The notes below the pieces were generated by a model. The model had not been told where the DNA came from, searched no databases, and saw only the letters and a list, made by a program, of their open reading frames with translations. Source: Histomonas meleagridis 2922-C6/04-290x (lineage: Eukaryota; Protista; Parabasalia). From it: a stretch of 64,000 nt of DNA. The position numbers and the translations under genes are program-made. Shown here one piece after another: positions 1 through 9,030 of this stretch. Location of the stretch: positions 620,001 to 684,000 of the forward strand of contig JAANOX010000280.1 of assembly GCA_020184695.1 (NCBI GenBank), read 5' to 3'. Numbering within the stretch: position 1 is the first letter of the stretch; every line of letters starts with the position of its first letter.

Positions 1-621
1 ACAGCAAGTTCTGTTACTACAATAAATGATCACGCATTTGAATGGTGTTCTTCACTAAGTAATATTAAAATTTCAAATGAAACGCGTTCAATTGGCGTCT
101 CTGCATTTAGTCACTGTTCCTCATTAACTACATTTGATTTCCCATCCACAATTAATGTAATTGATAAAGATGCATTTTCTTATTGTACATCTCTTACTTC
201 AGTATCATTTAGCGATCGTATGTATGTAAAATCAAATGCTTTTAGTTATTGTACATCACTCCAATGTATTTATATTTACACAGATGATTCTAAATTATGT
301 ACAACAAATGAGATTTCTGTTGGCGATAATGCATTTTTATATGTACCTAACTCTTATGTAATGACATATAACAAATATTACATCACAAAATTCGGAACAC
401 CAAATAATGGACAAATATTTGATGTTATTGAAGGTCAATTTGATGGGTATCAAAGCTGTCCAGTTCCAGTTAGCTCTAGCTCGAATAAAGCAACCACAAT
501 AGCACTTTCAGTATGTATCCCTGTTATTGTAATAATCATTGTCGTTGTGGTTGTCGTTGTTGTCTGTATGAAACGTAAAAACGGAGACGGAGGCGGAGGA
601 GCACATTCATCATCAAGTTAA
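1..621 (+). CDS. BspA-like (TpLRR) leucine-rich-repeat surface protein, 5'-truncated by window edge
   Basis: Frame 1 is open from base 1 (TASSVTTINDHAFEWCSSLS...IGVSAFSHCSSL...IDKDAFSYCTSL), giving TpLRR repeats, then a TM helix (IALSVCIPVIVIIIVVVVVVVVC) and a short tail; stop at 619-621. Confidence 0.9.
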   Translation, partial: TASSVTTINDHAFEWCSSLSNIKISNETRSIGVSAFSHCSSLTTFDFPSTINVIDKDAFSYCTSLTSVSFSDRMYVKSNAFSYCTSLQCIYIYTDDSKLCTTNEISVGDNAFLYVPNSYVMTYNKYYITKFGTPNNGQIFDVIEGQFDGYQSCPVPVSSSSNKATTIALSVCIPVIVIIIVVVVVVVVCMKRKNGDGGGGAHSSSS

Positions 622-1060
622 AACGTTTATGGTATATTAATAAAAACATACCATTTATACAATCTGTGTTTTCTATTTAAATTATCGTTCAAAAAATGTC
701 TCCATTCAATTTCAAATGAAATTTTGTGTGCAACCGAATTTTCGACACTATTATTCAGTATATAATACGTATTAACCGTTAAAGTGCGTTAACGTGAATA
801 CATTCAAATGAACGAAATTGGAATTTTGTTGTTTATGAGAAATATAAAAATAATCAACGAAAGGTTAAAGGTGTTATTTTTGGAGTATTGTTTGAAGATA
901 AGTGTTTTATTCATTAATAATGTTTTGGACATGAAATTACTTCACGAGAAAAAAATGTTTTGGCCACGCTCAAAAGCGGTTAATTTTTTGTGTACAAGAT
1001 AATCGTCTGCCAATTCAAATATTCAGAGAGCTGACATAAATCACAAGCAGCACATAAAGT

Positions 1061-3439
1061 ATGTCTTTGCCCTCGATTTTCTTCCCAGAACCGATGGACA
1101 AGGTGGAACTAGTGTGCCCACTTGAATCTGCGTATTATTTGATTAAAGGAATGGCTTTAAATGGCAATTTTGAAATTATCGACAGTAATGCAGATAATGT
1201 TACAGCACAAAAAAGACATGCTGATGCATATATGCAATGTGAAGAAGCTGATCGATCACTTCGTTTTATTGGACAATATCTTAAACAAGTTACTGATGTT
1301 AATGGTGTTTCAATCCTTCCAAGTAAGCCATCATATGATGTATTTCGTTCCAATGTGCCAAATTTGAATTTAAATAAAACAGCATTACACATAAAAGAAG
1401 CAGATGAACAACTTCATGAAAAGATTCGAATATTTGATGAAATGAAATCCCAACAACGTCAACGTCAAGTTGAACTAGCAGCTCTCAATTTCTATAAGAC
1501 AGTTGTTCAAGATCATAATCAACCTAATACCATTGATGTTAGTAATGATTTATCATCAATCGAAATGACCATTCTTGATGATGACATAATATCATCTGTC
1601 ACAGGCTTTGCACCTTCTGACCGAATCATGAAGCTTCTTACTATGGTTTTCCGAGTCTCTCGAAAAAATGTTGCGTATCACATTGGCGAATCAGATGGCG
1701 AAAACACGCCTTATAGCATTTTCACCTCATCACAGACCATTTTAACCAAGATTACCAAGATCTGCGAATCATTTTCACCTGATGTATTTCAATTCAATGA
1801 TTCACAAGCACAAATTTCAAAACGCGAAATGGCACTTGAACAAGACATACAACAAATGGCATCAGTTCAAGCGCAAGCTCTTCAAGATAACCAAAGTTTT
1901 CTTAATGAACTTGCGCAACACTTTTGGACGTGGAAACTTTTCATTACGCAAGAAAAACAAGTTCAGTTGTATTTAGATTACGGCGACTTTGAAAGATTTG
2001 ATTCTTCTGTTGTTTATTCATGTTGGGTTCCACATCGTTTATTACCACAATTACATCCAATCATTGGAAATGCAACAACTGAATCTGGAAGTGCAGTTAC
2101 AATACAACTTAATTCGATATCAGCGGAAGAAATTATTGCGAATAATAATAAGTTACCAATTGATGATCAAAAAGAAATTGTCATTCCAACATTTATAGAA
2201 CGTAATGACTTTTCATATGCATTCCAATTATTAAATGATTCATATGGTGTTCCTAATTATGATGAAATTAATGGCGGTGCATTTTATTGTATGTATCCAA
2301 TGTTATTTGCAGTAATGTTTGGGGATATTGGACATGCATTTTTCTTTGTTTTAGCGTCATTAACTATTTTTGTTTTAGCCAAGAAGAAAGTCGATTTAGG
2401 AGATATGGGCGCAACTATCTTTCGCTTGAAATATTTATTGTTATTTGCATCATTTTGTGCATTATATTGCGGGTTTATATATAATGAATGTTTTGGATTA
2501 CCAATTTATATGTTTAAGACTTCATATAAATCACATATTACATCCCAAGGATTAGAAGTATGGAATATGACAAGCTCAAGTATATATCCATTTGGTATTG
2601 ATCCGACATGGTTCTTTAAGGACAATGAATTAATTTTCTTGAATTCTTATAAGATGAAATTATCAGTCATTTTAGGAATGTGTCAAATGATCTTTGGTAT
2701 GTTCTTACAATTAATTAATCATATTCATCGTAAAGATTATAAATCAATCTTTATTAAATGGATACCAGAAATGTTATATCTCGTTCCATTCTTTGGGTAT
2801 TTAGTTGTCTTAATCATTAAGAAATGGTGTACACATTTCCAAGGTAATAATGATTTTAGTGTTGACATCCAAAACAATGGTATTAACTTAATCCAAATGA
2901 TGATATCAATGATATTAAACATCGGACAAAAAGATCCCGACTTACAATTATATAAACAACAATGGTCAATCCAAATGGTGATTGTCGTCATCTTCTTCAT
3001 ATCGATACCTTATTTATTGTTCGCTAAGCCGATTTGTGAATGTATTCGATTAAAAGGTTCAAAACATTTTAGCGTACTCGAAATATTCGTAATGAACTTA
3101 ATTAGTGTTATCGAGTTTTGTTTAGGCGCTTTATCTCATACAGCGTCGTACTTACGTTTATGGGCTTTGTCTTTAGCTCATTCTCAATTAAGTCACGTGA
3201 TTTACGAACAAGCGCTTGTGCAAACAATAAATTCAGGTAATTTCGTGATAGTGTTCGCTGGATTCGCTGCATTCGCTGCGTTGTCGGTGGCAATATTGTT
3301 GGGTATGGAGGCGTTCTCAGCTCTGCTGCACGCAATCCGTTTGATGTGGGTCGAGTTTTCGTCGAAGTTTTACGAGGGAATGGGAGTCGCGTTCAAACCA
3401 ATTTCATTGGAAAGAGAAATTAGACATATCATCGTTTGA
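1061..3439 (+). CDS. V-type H+-ATPase V0 subunit a
   Basis: 792 aa with soluble N-half and multi-TM C-half; diagnostic motifs YGVPNYDEIN, FAVMFGDIGH, YPFGIDPTW, NSYKMKLSVILG, SHTASYLRLWALSLAHSQLS, LHAIRLMWVEFSSKFYEG. Confidence 0.97.
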   Translation: MSLPSIFFPEPMDKVELVCPLESAYYLIKGMALNGNFEIIDSNADNVTAQKRHADAYMQCEEADRSLRFIGQYLKQVTDVNGVSILPSKPSYDVFRSNVPNLNLNKTALHIKEADEQLHEKIRIFDEMKSQQRQRQVELAALNFYKTVVQDHNQPNTIDVSNDLSSIEMTILDDDIISSVTGFAPSDRIMKLLTMVFRVSRKNVAYHIGESDGENTPYSIFTSSQTILTKITKICESFSPDVFQFNDSQAQISKREMALEQDIQQMASVQAQALQDNQSFLNELAQHFWTWKLFITQEKQVQLYLDYGDFERFDSSVVYSCWVPHRLLPQLHPIIGNATTESGSAVTIQLNSISAEEIIANNNKLPIDDQKEIVIPTFIERNDFSYAFQLLNDSYGVPNYDEINGGAFYCMYPMLFAVMFGDIGHAFFFVLASLTIFVLAKKKVDLGDMGATIFRLKYLLLFASFCALYCGFIYNECFGLPIYMFKTSYKSHITSQGLEVWNMTSSSIYPFGIDPTWFFKDNELIFLNSYKMKLSVILGMCQMIFGMFLQLINHIHRKDYKSIFIKWIPEMLYLVPFFGYLVVLIIKKWCTHFQGNNDFSVDIQNNGINLIQMMISMILNIGQKDPDLQLYKQQWSIQMVIVVIFFISIPYLLFAKPICECIRLKGSKHFSVLEIFVMNLISVIEFCLGALSHTASYLRLWALSLAHSQLSHVIYEQALVQTINSGNFVIVFAGFAAFAALSVAILLGMEAFSALLHAIRLMWVEFSSKFYEGMGVAFKPISLEREIRHIIV

Positions 3440-3523
3440 TATAATAATAATAATAAAAAATCAGATTGATGAATTGCTGTTTTGTTGATTCTTTAAATGG
3501 AATCTGAGAAGTTGAAAAGAACA

Positions 3524-3698
3524 AATTTTAAAGAATCTTTGCATATTAATCAAATTTTAAAGAATCATTGTATCAGATAATAATTTTAAAGAATCATTGT
3601 ATCAGATAATAATTTTAAAGAATCATTGCATATTAATCAAATTTTAAAGAATCATTGTGTCTTAATCTAAGTTTTAAGGAATCATTGCATATTAATCA
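3524..3698. repeat. Minisatellite, 6 x ~29 bp (AATTTTAAAGAATCATTG + 11 variable nt)
   Basis: Six adjacent units. The 11-nt part is CATATTAATCA (x3), TATCAGATAAT (x2) or TGTCTTAATCT. Lies between two convergent genes. Confidence 0.9.
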
Positions 3699-3872
3699 AA
3701 TTTGTCTAATTATATGTCATTCATTGAAATAGAAATAGTTCCAAATTCTTTAAAAAATCTATAAGAAGGAATGCTGGTTGACACAGCCTTTGCTGGTAGT
3801 TTGAGGAAAATTTGTTTCTTCTTTTTTTAATTTGTTAATAAAGGAATATGTGATTCTACAGCATAAACATGT

Positions 3873-4475
3873 TTATTTGATGTCTCTTAAACCATTGTCA
3901 ATGAACCCGCATAAGTTTTCAATTTTTTGTTCTACCATCGATTCCATTTCACGAAGAGAAATAACAAAGCCTTCCAGCTTTTTAGCTTCTTCAACGAGAA
4001 GAGCAGGATTCTGAAGGAGATGATGGCAAGTGGCAAGGTGAGCCTGTTCTTCTAGAAGCTCTTCTTGCTTTTTCTGTAACTGTTTTATTTCATGATTCAA
4101 TTCTTCAATGTTATCAGGAATTGGTACATCGTGGAATTGGTTAAGTGACTGAACATTTTGTGGAAAGAAAATTGAGTCGTCTGTTAAAGGTTGAACGTAA
4201 TTGTCTTGCCTCAATTTATATAGTATTACTCCATCATTTCTTGTGATAGTTTCAAAAATGTTATTTGGACCAACTTGATTGGAAAGAATGAGAGCTATTT
4301 GGTGTACTTGAAGTGGAAGATGTCCAGGAAATAGCTGTGAAATATGGGCATTTACTTCTGTGAGGATATCATTCATTGTGGCACCACCTCCAGCACATAT
4401 GCTTGGATGAGTCAAATGCGAAACAACATTTTTTACCATTGGAAGAAAAACATAGAGTTCAGAATTTTCATTCAT
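3873..4475 (-). CDS. Hypothetical protein with C-terminal coiled coil
   Basis: ORF-track start at 4535 is GTG; first ATG (MNENSEL) at 4475. Heptad segment IEELNHEIKQLQKKQEELLEEQ. Confidence 0.7.
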   Translation of the reverse strand: MNENSELYVFLPMVKNVVSHLTHPSICAGGGATMNDILTEVNAHISQLFPGHLPLQVHQIALILSNQVGPNNIFETITRNDGVILYKLRQDNYVQPLTDDSIFFPQNVQSLNQFHDVPIPDNIEELNHEIKQLQKKQEELLEEQAHLATCHHLLQNPALLVEEAKKLEGFVISLREMESMVEQKIENLCGFIDNGLRDIK

Positions 4476-4658
4476 AATTTTTTGTTTGAGTAAAAGATAA
4501 ATGTACGTTAAGAATTTGTATAGCAATAAATTCACATTATATCTAACAATTTTTTATTCCACATGTAATGGAACGTGACCTGTAATGGCAATGATCACAA
4601 TTATGCTAAAGATGCAGAAACACAAAATTGCAAAATATAAAAAAATGAATGTCAGTTT

Positions 4659-4991
4659 TTAGATGTTGCTTGGGAAAAGCATAACACGAACCTTTTTACC
4701 AAGCATTATTGGTGGGAGATTGCGATCAAACTTTGCACGGACAATACCACTGTTTCCATGTTCCTGTGTGATAACTCCCCAGTTAATATGTGCATCAATC
4801 TTTTTGCCATCTTTTCCAACCTTTGCCTTTACATATGATGCAACCTTTTTGCCAACATAAAATTTGGCTTCTTCTTTTGAATTTACTCCACTGATTTGGA
4901 GAAGAGCTTGATTTGGATTTATTTGACGTTTGCTGCGGCGGAATGATGTGAATGTGGCACTAACCCAAAGCTTTGGTTCAGGAGCAGACAT
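4659..4991 (-). CDS. RPL35A: 60S ribosomal protein L35a (eL33)
   Basis: 110 aa; FTSFRRSKRQ..PNQALLQISGV, FYVGKKVA, NWGVITQEHGNSGIVRAKFDRNLPP, GKKVRVMLFPSNI. Confidence 0.96.
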   Translation of the reverse strand: MSAPEPKLWVSATFTSFRRSKRQINPNQALLQISGVNSKEEAKFYVGKKVASYVKAKVGKDGKKIDAHINWGVITQEHGNSGIVRAKFDRNLPPIMLGKKVRVMLFPSNI

Positions 4992-5574
4992 TTCTCAAAA
5001 GGTCGACCAAACTGCAATAATTAGGGCACTCCGTTCTATCGTTTGGGTACACCAAAAGAACGTTTACCAAAAATTGAACTTTGTCACTTTTGTATACTTC
5101 ACGACTTTTGCTGCGATTCAAATCATGAGATCCTTCTCTTCAATTATATTGAGCCCAATTCCATTAATATATAAACAATTTACACGTAGAATATTCTAGC
5201 TTATATCAATTAAAAAGAAAATAATATTTGCTCGAGCTTTTATATAAATTCATGAAAATCATATTTTTTAAATATTATGATTTCCCAAAATAAAATAAGA
5301 CATACCTTGAGCTCATAAAATTTTAATTTATTATTTCTATCTATTTCTAAAAAAAAAATAAAGACTTAAGAGTAATATACACTTTGCAAAATAATATGCA
5401 ATTGGTTTATTTGTTACATGTTCTGTGCACAAAAACATGTCGAAAAATTGTCCGGAACAAGAACTATATTGGGAAATATTCACTGATTATTTGCTTCACT
5501 AGATGCGGAATATTTGGAAAATGAACGACAAAACATTCCTTCCTTAATATTAAACATTATAAATGAAATTGAAT

Positions 5575-5820
5575 TTAGTGACGTAGCAAGTGTTTCAATT
5601 GAATTGCTGTTTCAAATGCATCTTCAAACTTCGAATGATTCTGTTCACATAAATGAATAATTTCTTCATTTTCTCCTGTAATTGCATATTTATCTGTATT
5701 TTCTGGTTTAGCGACATTCAGGAATTGAAGATAATATTTAAATCTTCTTATCTTTCTTTCATTCATAGAAGAAAAAAATGCTGCATAATCAATTAAACAT
5801 GTTTATGGTTAATAAATATA
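5575..5820 (-). pseudogene. DUF3447-type ankyrin gene fragment
   Basis: Minus strand gives FINHKHV-LIDYAAFFSS and AKPENTDKYAITGENEEIIHLCEQNHSKFEDAFETAIQ, paralogous to the 29210 gene, broken by frameshifts. Confidence 0.75.
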
Positions 5821-6419
5821 AAGATAGTAATAGCTTTATTAATCATTAAAGTCACTGTAAAAATTTGTAAATTTAAATAAATAATAATGATTTTTAATTA
5901 TTTAATGTTTAAAAAGTTTATTATCAAAAATAACAATTTCAATGTATGAATCAAATTATATTTAAAATGTTATTATTGTATATACTTAATATTTACGAAT
6001 GAAGTACATGTAAACTGAACTAAGTTTATGAGAGTTATCATAATCATGTACCAAAATTATTATTTTCTGGTGTTACATTTGATTATTTTTATTTATAAGT
6101 ATTATAGATGTTACATGTTATGTTTCTCATTTATATTCACTAAAATCTTTAAGCTAGTTGTTTGTTAACACAACCTTCATGATAGAACCTTTTATTAAAT
6201 ATCAAATTAAAAAAACATTTAAAATAAGGAACATATTACTTGAGCATATCAATACATTATATGGCTGTCTTTAGCAAAATAATAAAATTATTGAAACTTT
6301 TTTCTTAACAATCTTTTTTCTATTATCACCACGTAGTGTTTGGAAAACATGATCAAGAGTTGTAATGATGGTTTTTCAGTACGTTCAGAAATATATATAT
6401 ATAATGCATTAGATGCTGA

Positions 6420-6600
6420 AAGTTTTGGAATCATTTATCCAGAGAATTCCTTCACTTGAGCAACAGTAACATCATGGAGTGCTTATTGATCTGGCGGAGA
6501 ATATTATAGGTTCTTGGTATGAATAATGATCAACAAAGCTTTGGATCCCGTAATTTCAATTTCCTTATCAACAACTCCTTATAATAATAATTAGGTGCTT
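6420..6600 (-). mobile_element. Possible pogo/DDE_1 transposase C-terminal remnant
   Basis: Weak: minus-strand ALLIII...YSPPDQ*ALHDVTVAQVK loosely resembles the xIPPG..LQPLDV motif of DDE_1 transposases. Confidence 0.2.
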
Positions 6601-7080
6601 TAATTACTTTACTTGTCAATTGTTGGATGCATTAATAAACTTATATTGAGATTTCCTATTAATTTTATAAAGAATTATATTTGTTATATATGCTTATTTA
6701 ATGTATTGGCCAAATTTTGTTTCTTATAATGTTACAAAAGTAAGTTTATACAGATATATACAATTATCTTACTTTGATAAACATGTGATGTTTTATTATT
6801 AGAAAATCACATGTTTTTTAAGAATGAAATGATTCAAATGAACAAACAGACATACCATTTTAAAGTACAGATTTAGCTCTATAACATATATTCATCAAAT
6901 TATTTAAAAGTGTTATAATAAGGATTTAAAGAAGTTTCTATATTGTTGTTGTTGTTTAACATCAATTCAAATGTTTCAATGTTAAATTGAAAAATCTCGA
7001 TAAGGTAACAATTTTTTTATTGTTTAACCGTGAAATTTTAAACTTTTGTGTTGACCGATGTGTATTTAGTAAGGGGCTTG

Positions 7081-7700
7081 AAGAATATTACAAGTTGAAA
7101 CATGCAAGTCCTGGAAATACTGTTCGTTTGTGTCCCAGTGAAGCGATTTATAACTGAAATAATGCCTATTACACCATTTTTGATCCACAAAAATATACTA
7201 TATGTGAACAATAACACCAACAAAGAAGAACACCACCATCTGCATAAAGTGGAAATACTTGTTTCCAAAATTATTACCAAAAATTTGAAGAAATTTAACA
7301 ATAATTTGATCAAAGCTAAAAGTCATTTAATTTTAAATTTGATGCTTAACTGCAAGTGTACATCAATAATACGTCATGTTTTTAATGCTATACTACAATT
7401 TTTACTTACAGATTTTATCATCACATTCAAAAAAGTATATGAAGCAAGCATACAAATTAAAAGCAATTCATATAGGAAATCCTTATCCAAACATCTTGAG
7501 AAAATACTCTTAGGGATTTGGGATTCTCAGTGCCATTCTTTTGTGCATAACGACAAAAAAGTAAAACCAGTCAAATTCAATATTTTACTTCATCTACCAT
7601 TCATTTTTTCAATGATGTTTATAGCGGTTTACATCAAATTTCTTCAGAAAAACACAATTAGAGCTCAGAAAAAATGTTTGCCCAAATGTGAAGTGAAAAT
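7081..7700 (+). pseudogene. Degenerate coding remnant upstream of BspA gene
   Basis: A frame other than the track ORF reads protein-like text with many stops (EYYKLKHASPGNTVRLCPSEAIYN*NNAYYTIFDPQKY ... ENTLRDLGFSVPFFCA*). Family not recognised. Confidence 0.3.
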
Positions 7701-8970
7701 GAAAGAAAAAATTGGAAAAGTTTTTATTTTTATTTTTGTTATATTTTTCACAAATTCTTTTGAAATATTTCATGAAGATGATTCAACATTTTCAATCATG
7801 AATTCAAATGAATTTGAAGATATTGATAAATATCAAAACATAACAAAATTTATAATTATCAGTGAAAATATTTATTCAATTCCAAATTATGCATTTTCAG
7901 AATGGCCTTTAGTTGTTTCAGTTAATTTTGGTAACTCAGTCACAAATATTGGAATTTATGTGTTTTCGTCATGTTTTAATTTAGAAACGATTATATTTGG
8001 AGGAAATGTTACAGAAATTGGTGGTTCATCATTTTCATTGTGTTCAACAATCAAAAACATTACAATTCCAAATTCAGTTACAACAATTGGAAATTCAGCA
8101 TTTGCATTATGTTCTAATTTAAGGATATTAACACTTGGATATGGAATAAAAGAAATTGAAGGTTCAGCATTTGGGAATTGTTATAATCTTCAATGCATTT
8201 ATTATTATGGAGATAAAGAACCAAAAATTGGTGAAGGTGCATTTTATAATGTTTCAACAAGTGTTATCACATATTCAACATATGCAGACAATCATTTTGG
8301 TCAATTAGATGTTGTTAGCGAATCCGCAGAAGGAATATGCGAACCACTTCCAACACATTCATTTAGTCAATCGAATACATTTACAAAATCAAATTTGTTT
8401 AGTCAGTCGAAAACGTTTGCTGCATTATCAGAAATATATTCATATAGTCAATCGAATACATTTACAACATCACTTCAAAGTGATATTTCATTAACATTTT
8501 CATACACATTAACAGTTACATTATCAATTACACATTCATTAACTGTTTATGAAACAAAAACGAAAACATTTTCATTATATATAAACAATTCGACATTTTC
8601 ATATATTGAAACAGAATTTATTTATTACAATTATACAATTGTTATTTATTCGACTTATTATAATTATTATTCCAATTTCTTTACAATGTTTTATACTGAT
8701 AACAGTGATAATCAAAACAATGATAATAAAACAACAATTATTATCATTTCTGTTTGTGTTCTAGTTATTGTTATTATTATCATTGCATTACTTATCATAT
8801 TATTCAAACATGTTCGAAACAAGAAAGGAGAAATTCATGAAAATGTTAATTCAGAAGAAAATGAAAACGAAACAACCAATACATTTACAACTGGAATCAG
8901 TATCACAAACATTGAAGAAGATCCATTTGCTGAAGATTTCAAAGAAGAAAAATTTATTTCGCAAATATAA
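7699..8970 (+). CDS. BspA-like LRR surface protein with Ser/Thr stalk and TM anchor
   Basis: Likely start ATG 7699 (MKEKIGKVFIFIFVIFF, signal-like); TpLRR repeats (SVTTIGNSAFALCSNL), PTHSFSQSNTFT stalk, TM (IIIISVCVLVIVIIIIALLIILF), acidic tail EEDPFAEDF. Confidence 0.9.
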   Translation: MKEKIGKVFIFIFVIFFTNSFEIFHEDDSTFSIMNSNEFEDIDKYQNITKFIIISENIYSIPNYAFSEWPLVVSVNFGNSVTNIGIYVFSSCFNLETIIFGGNVTEIGGSSFSLCSTIKNITIPNSVTTIGNSAFALCSNLRILTLGYGIKEIEGSAFGNCYNLQCIYYYGDKEPKIGEGAFYNVSTSVITYSTYADNHFGQLDVVSESAEGICEPLPTHSFSQSNTFTKSNLFSQSKTFAALSEIYSYSQSNTFTTSLQSDISLTFSYTLTVTLSITHSLTVYETKTKTFSLYINNSTFSYIETEFIYYNYTIVIYSTYYNYYSNFFTMFYTDNSDNQNNDNKTTIIIISVCVLVIVIIIIALLIILFKHVRNKKGEIHENVNSEENENETTNTFTTGISITNIEEDPFAEDFKEEKFISQI

Positions 8971-9030
8971 TTATCAATAAAAAAATACAAATTTTAATGA
9001 ATTTTTTTTTCAGATTATATTTTTATTCAA

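Noticed and set aside
3240-3400. GC-richer 3' end of the V-ATPase gene (similar patches in PRP31) as foreign DNA
   Set aside because: Protein is continuous and conserved through the patch; no junction or repeat evidence.
3524-3698. CRISPR array
   Set aside because: Variable parts are only 11 nt and recur; no cas genes.
7102-7698. 199-aa N-terminal extension of the BspA protein
   Set aside because: No recognisable domain; a signal-peptide-like start at 7699 matches the paralogue at 60488-61810.
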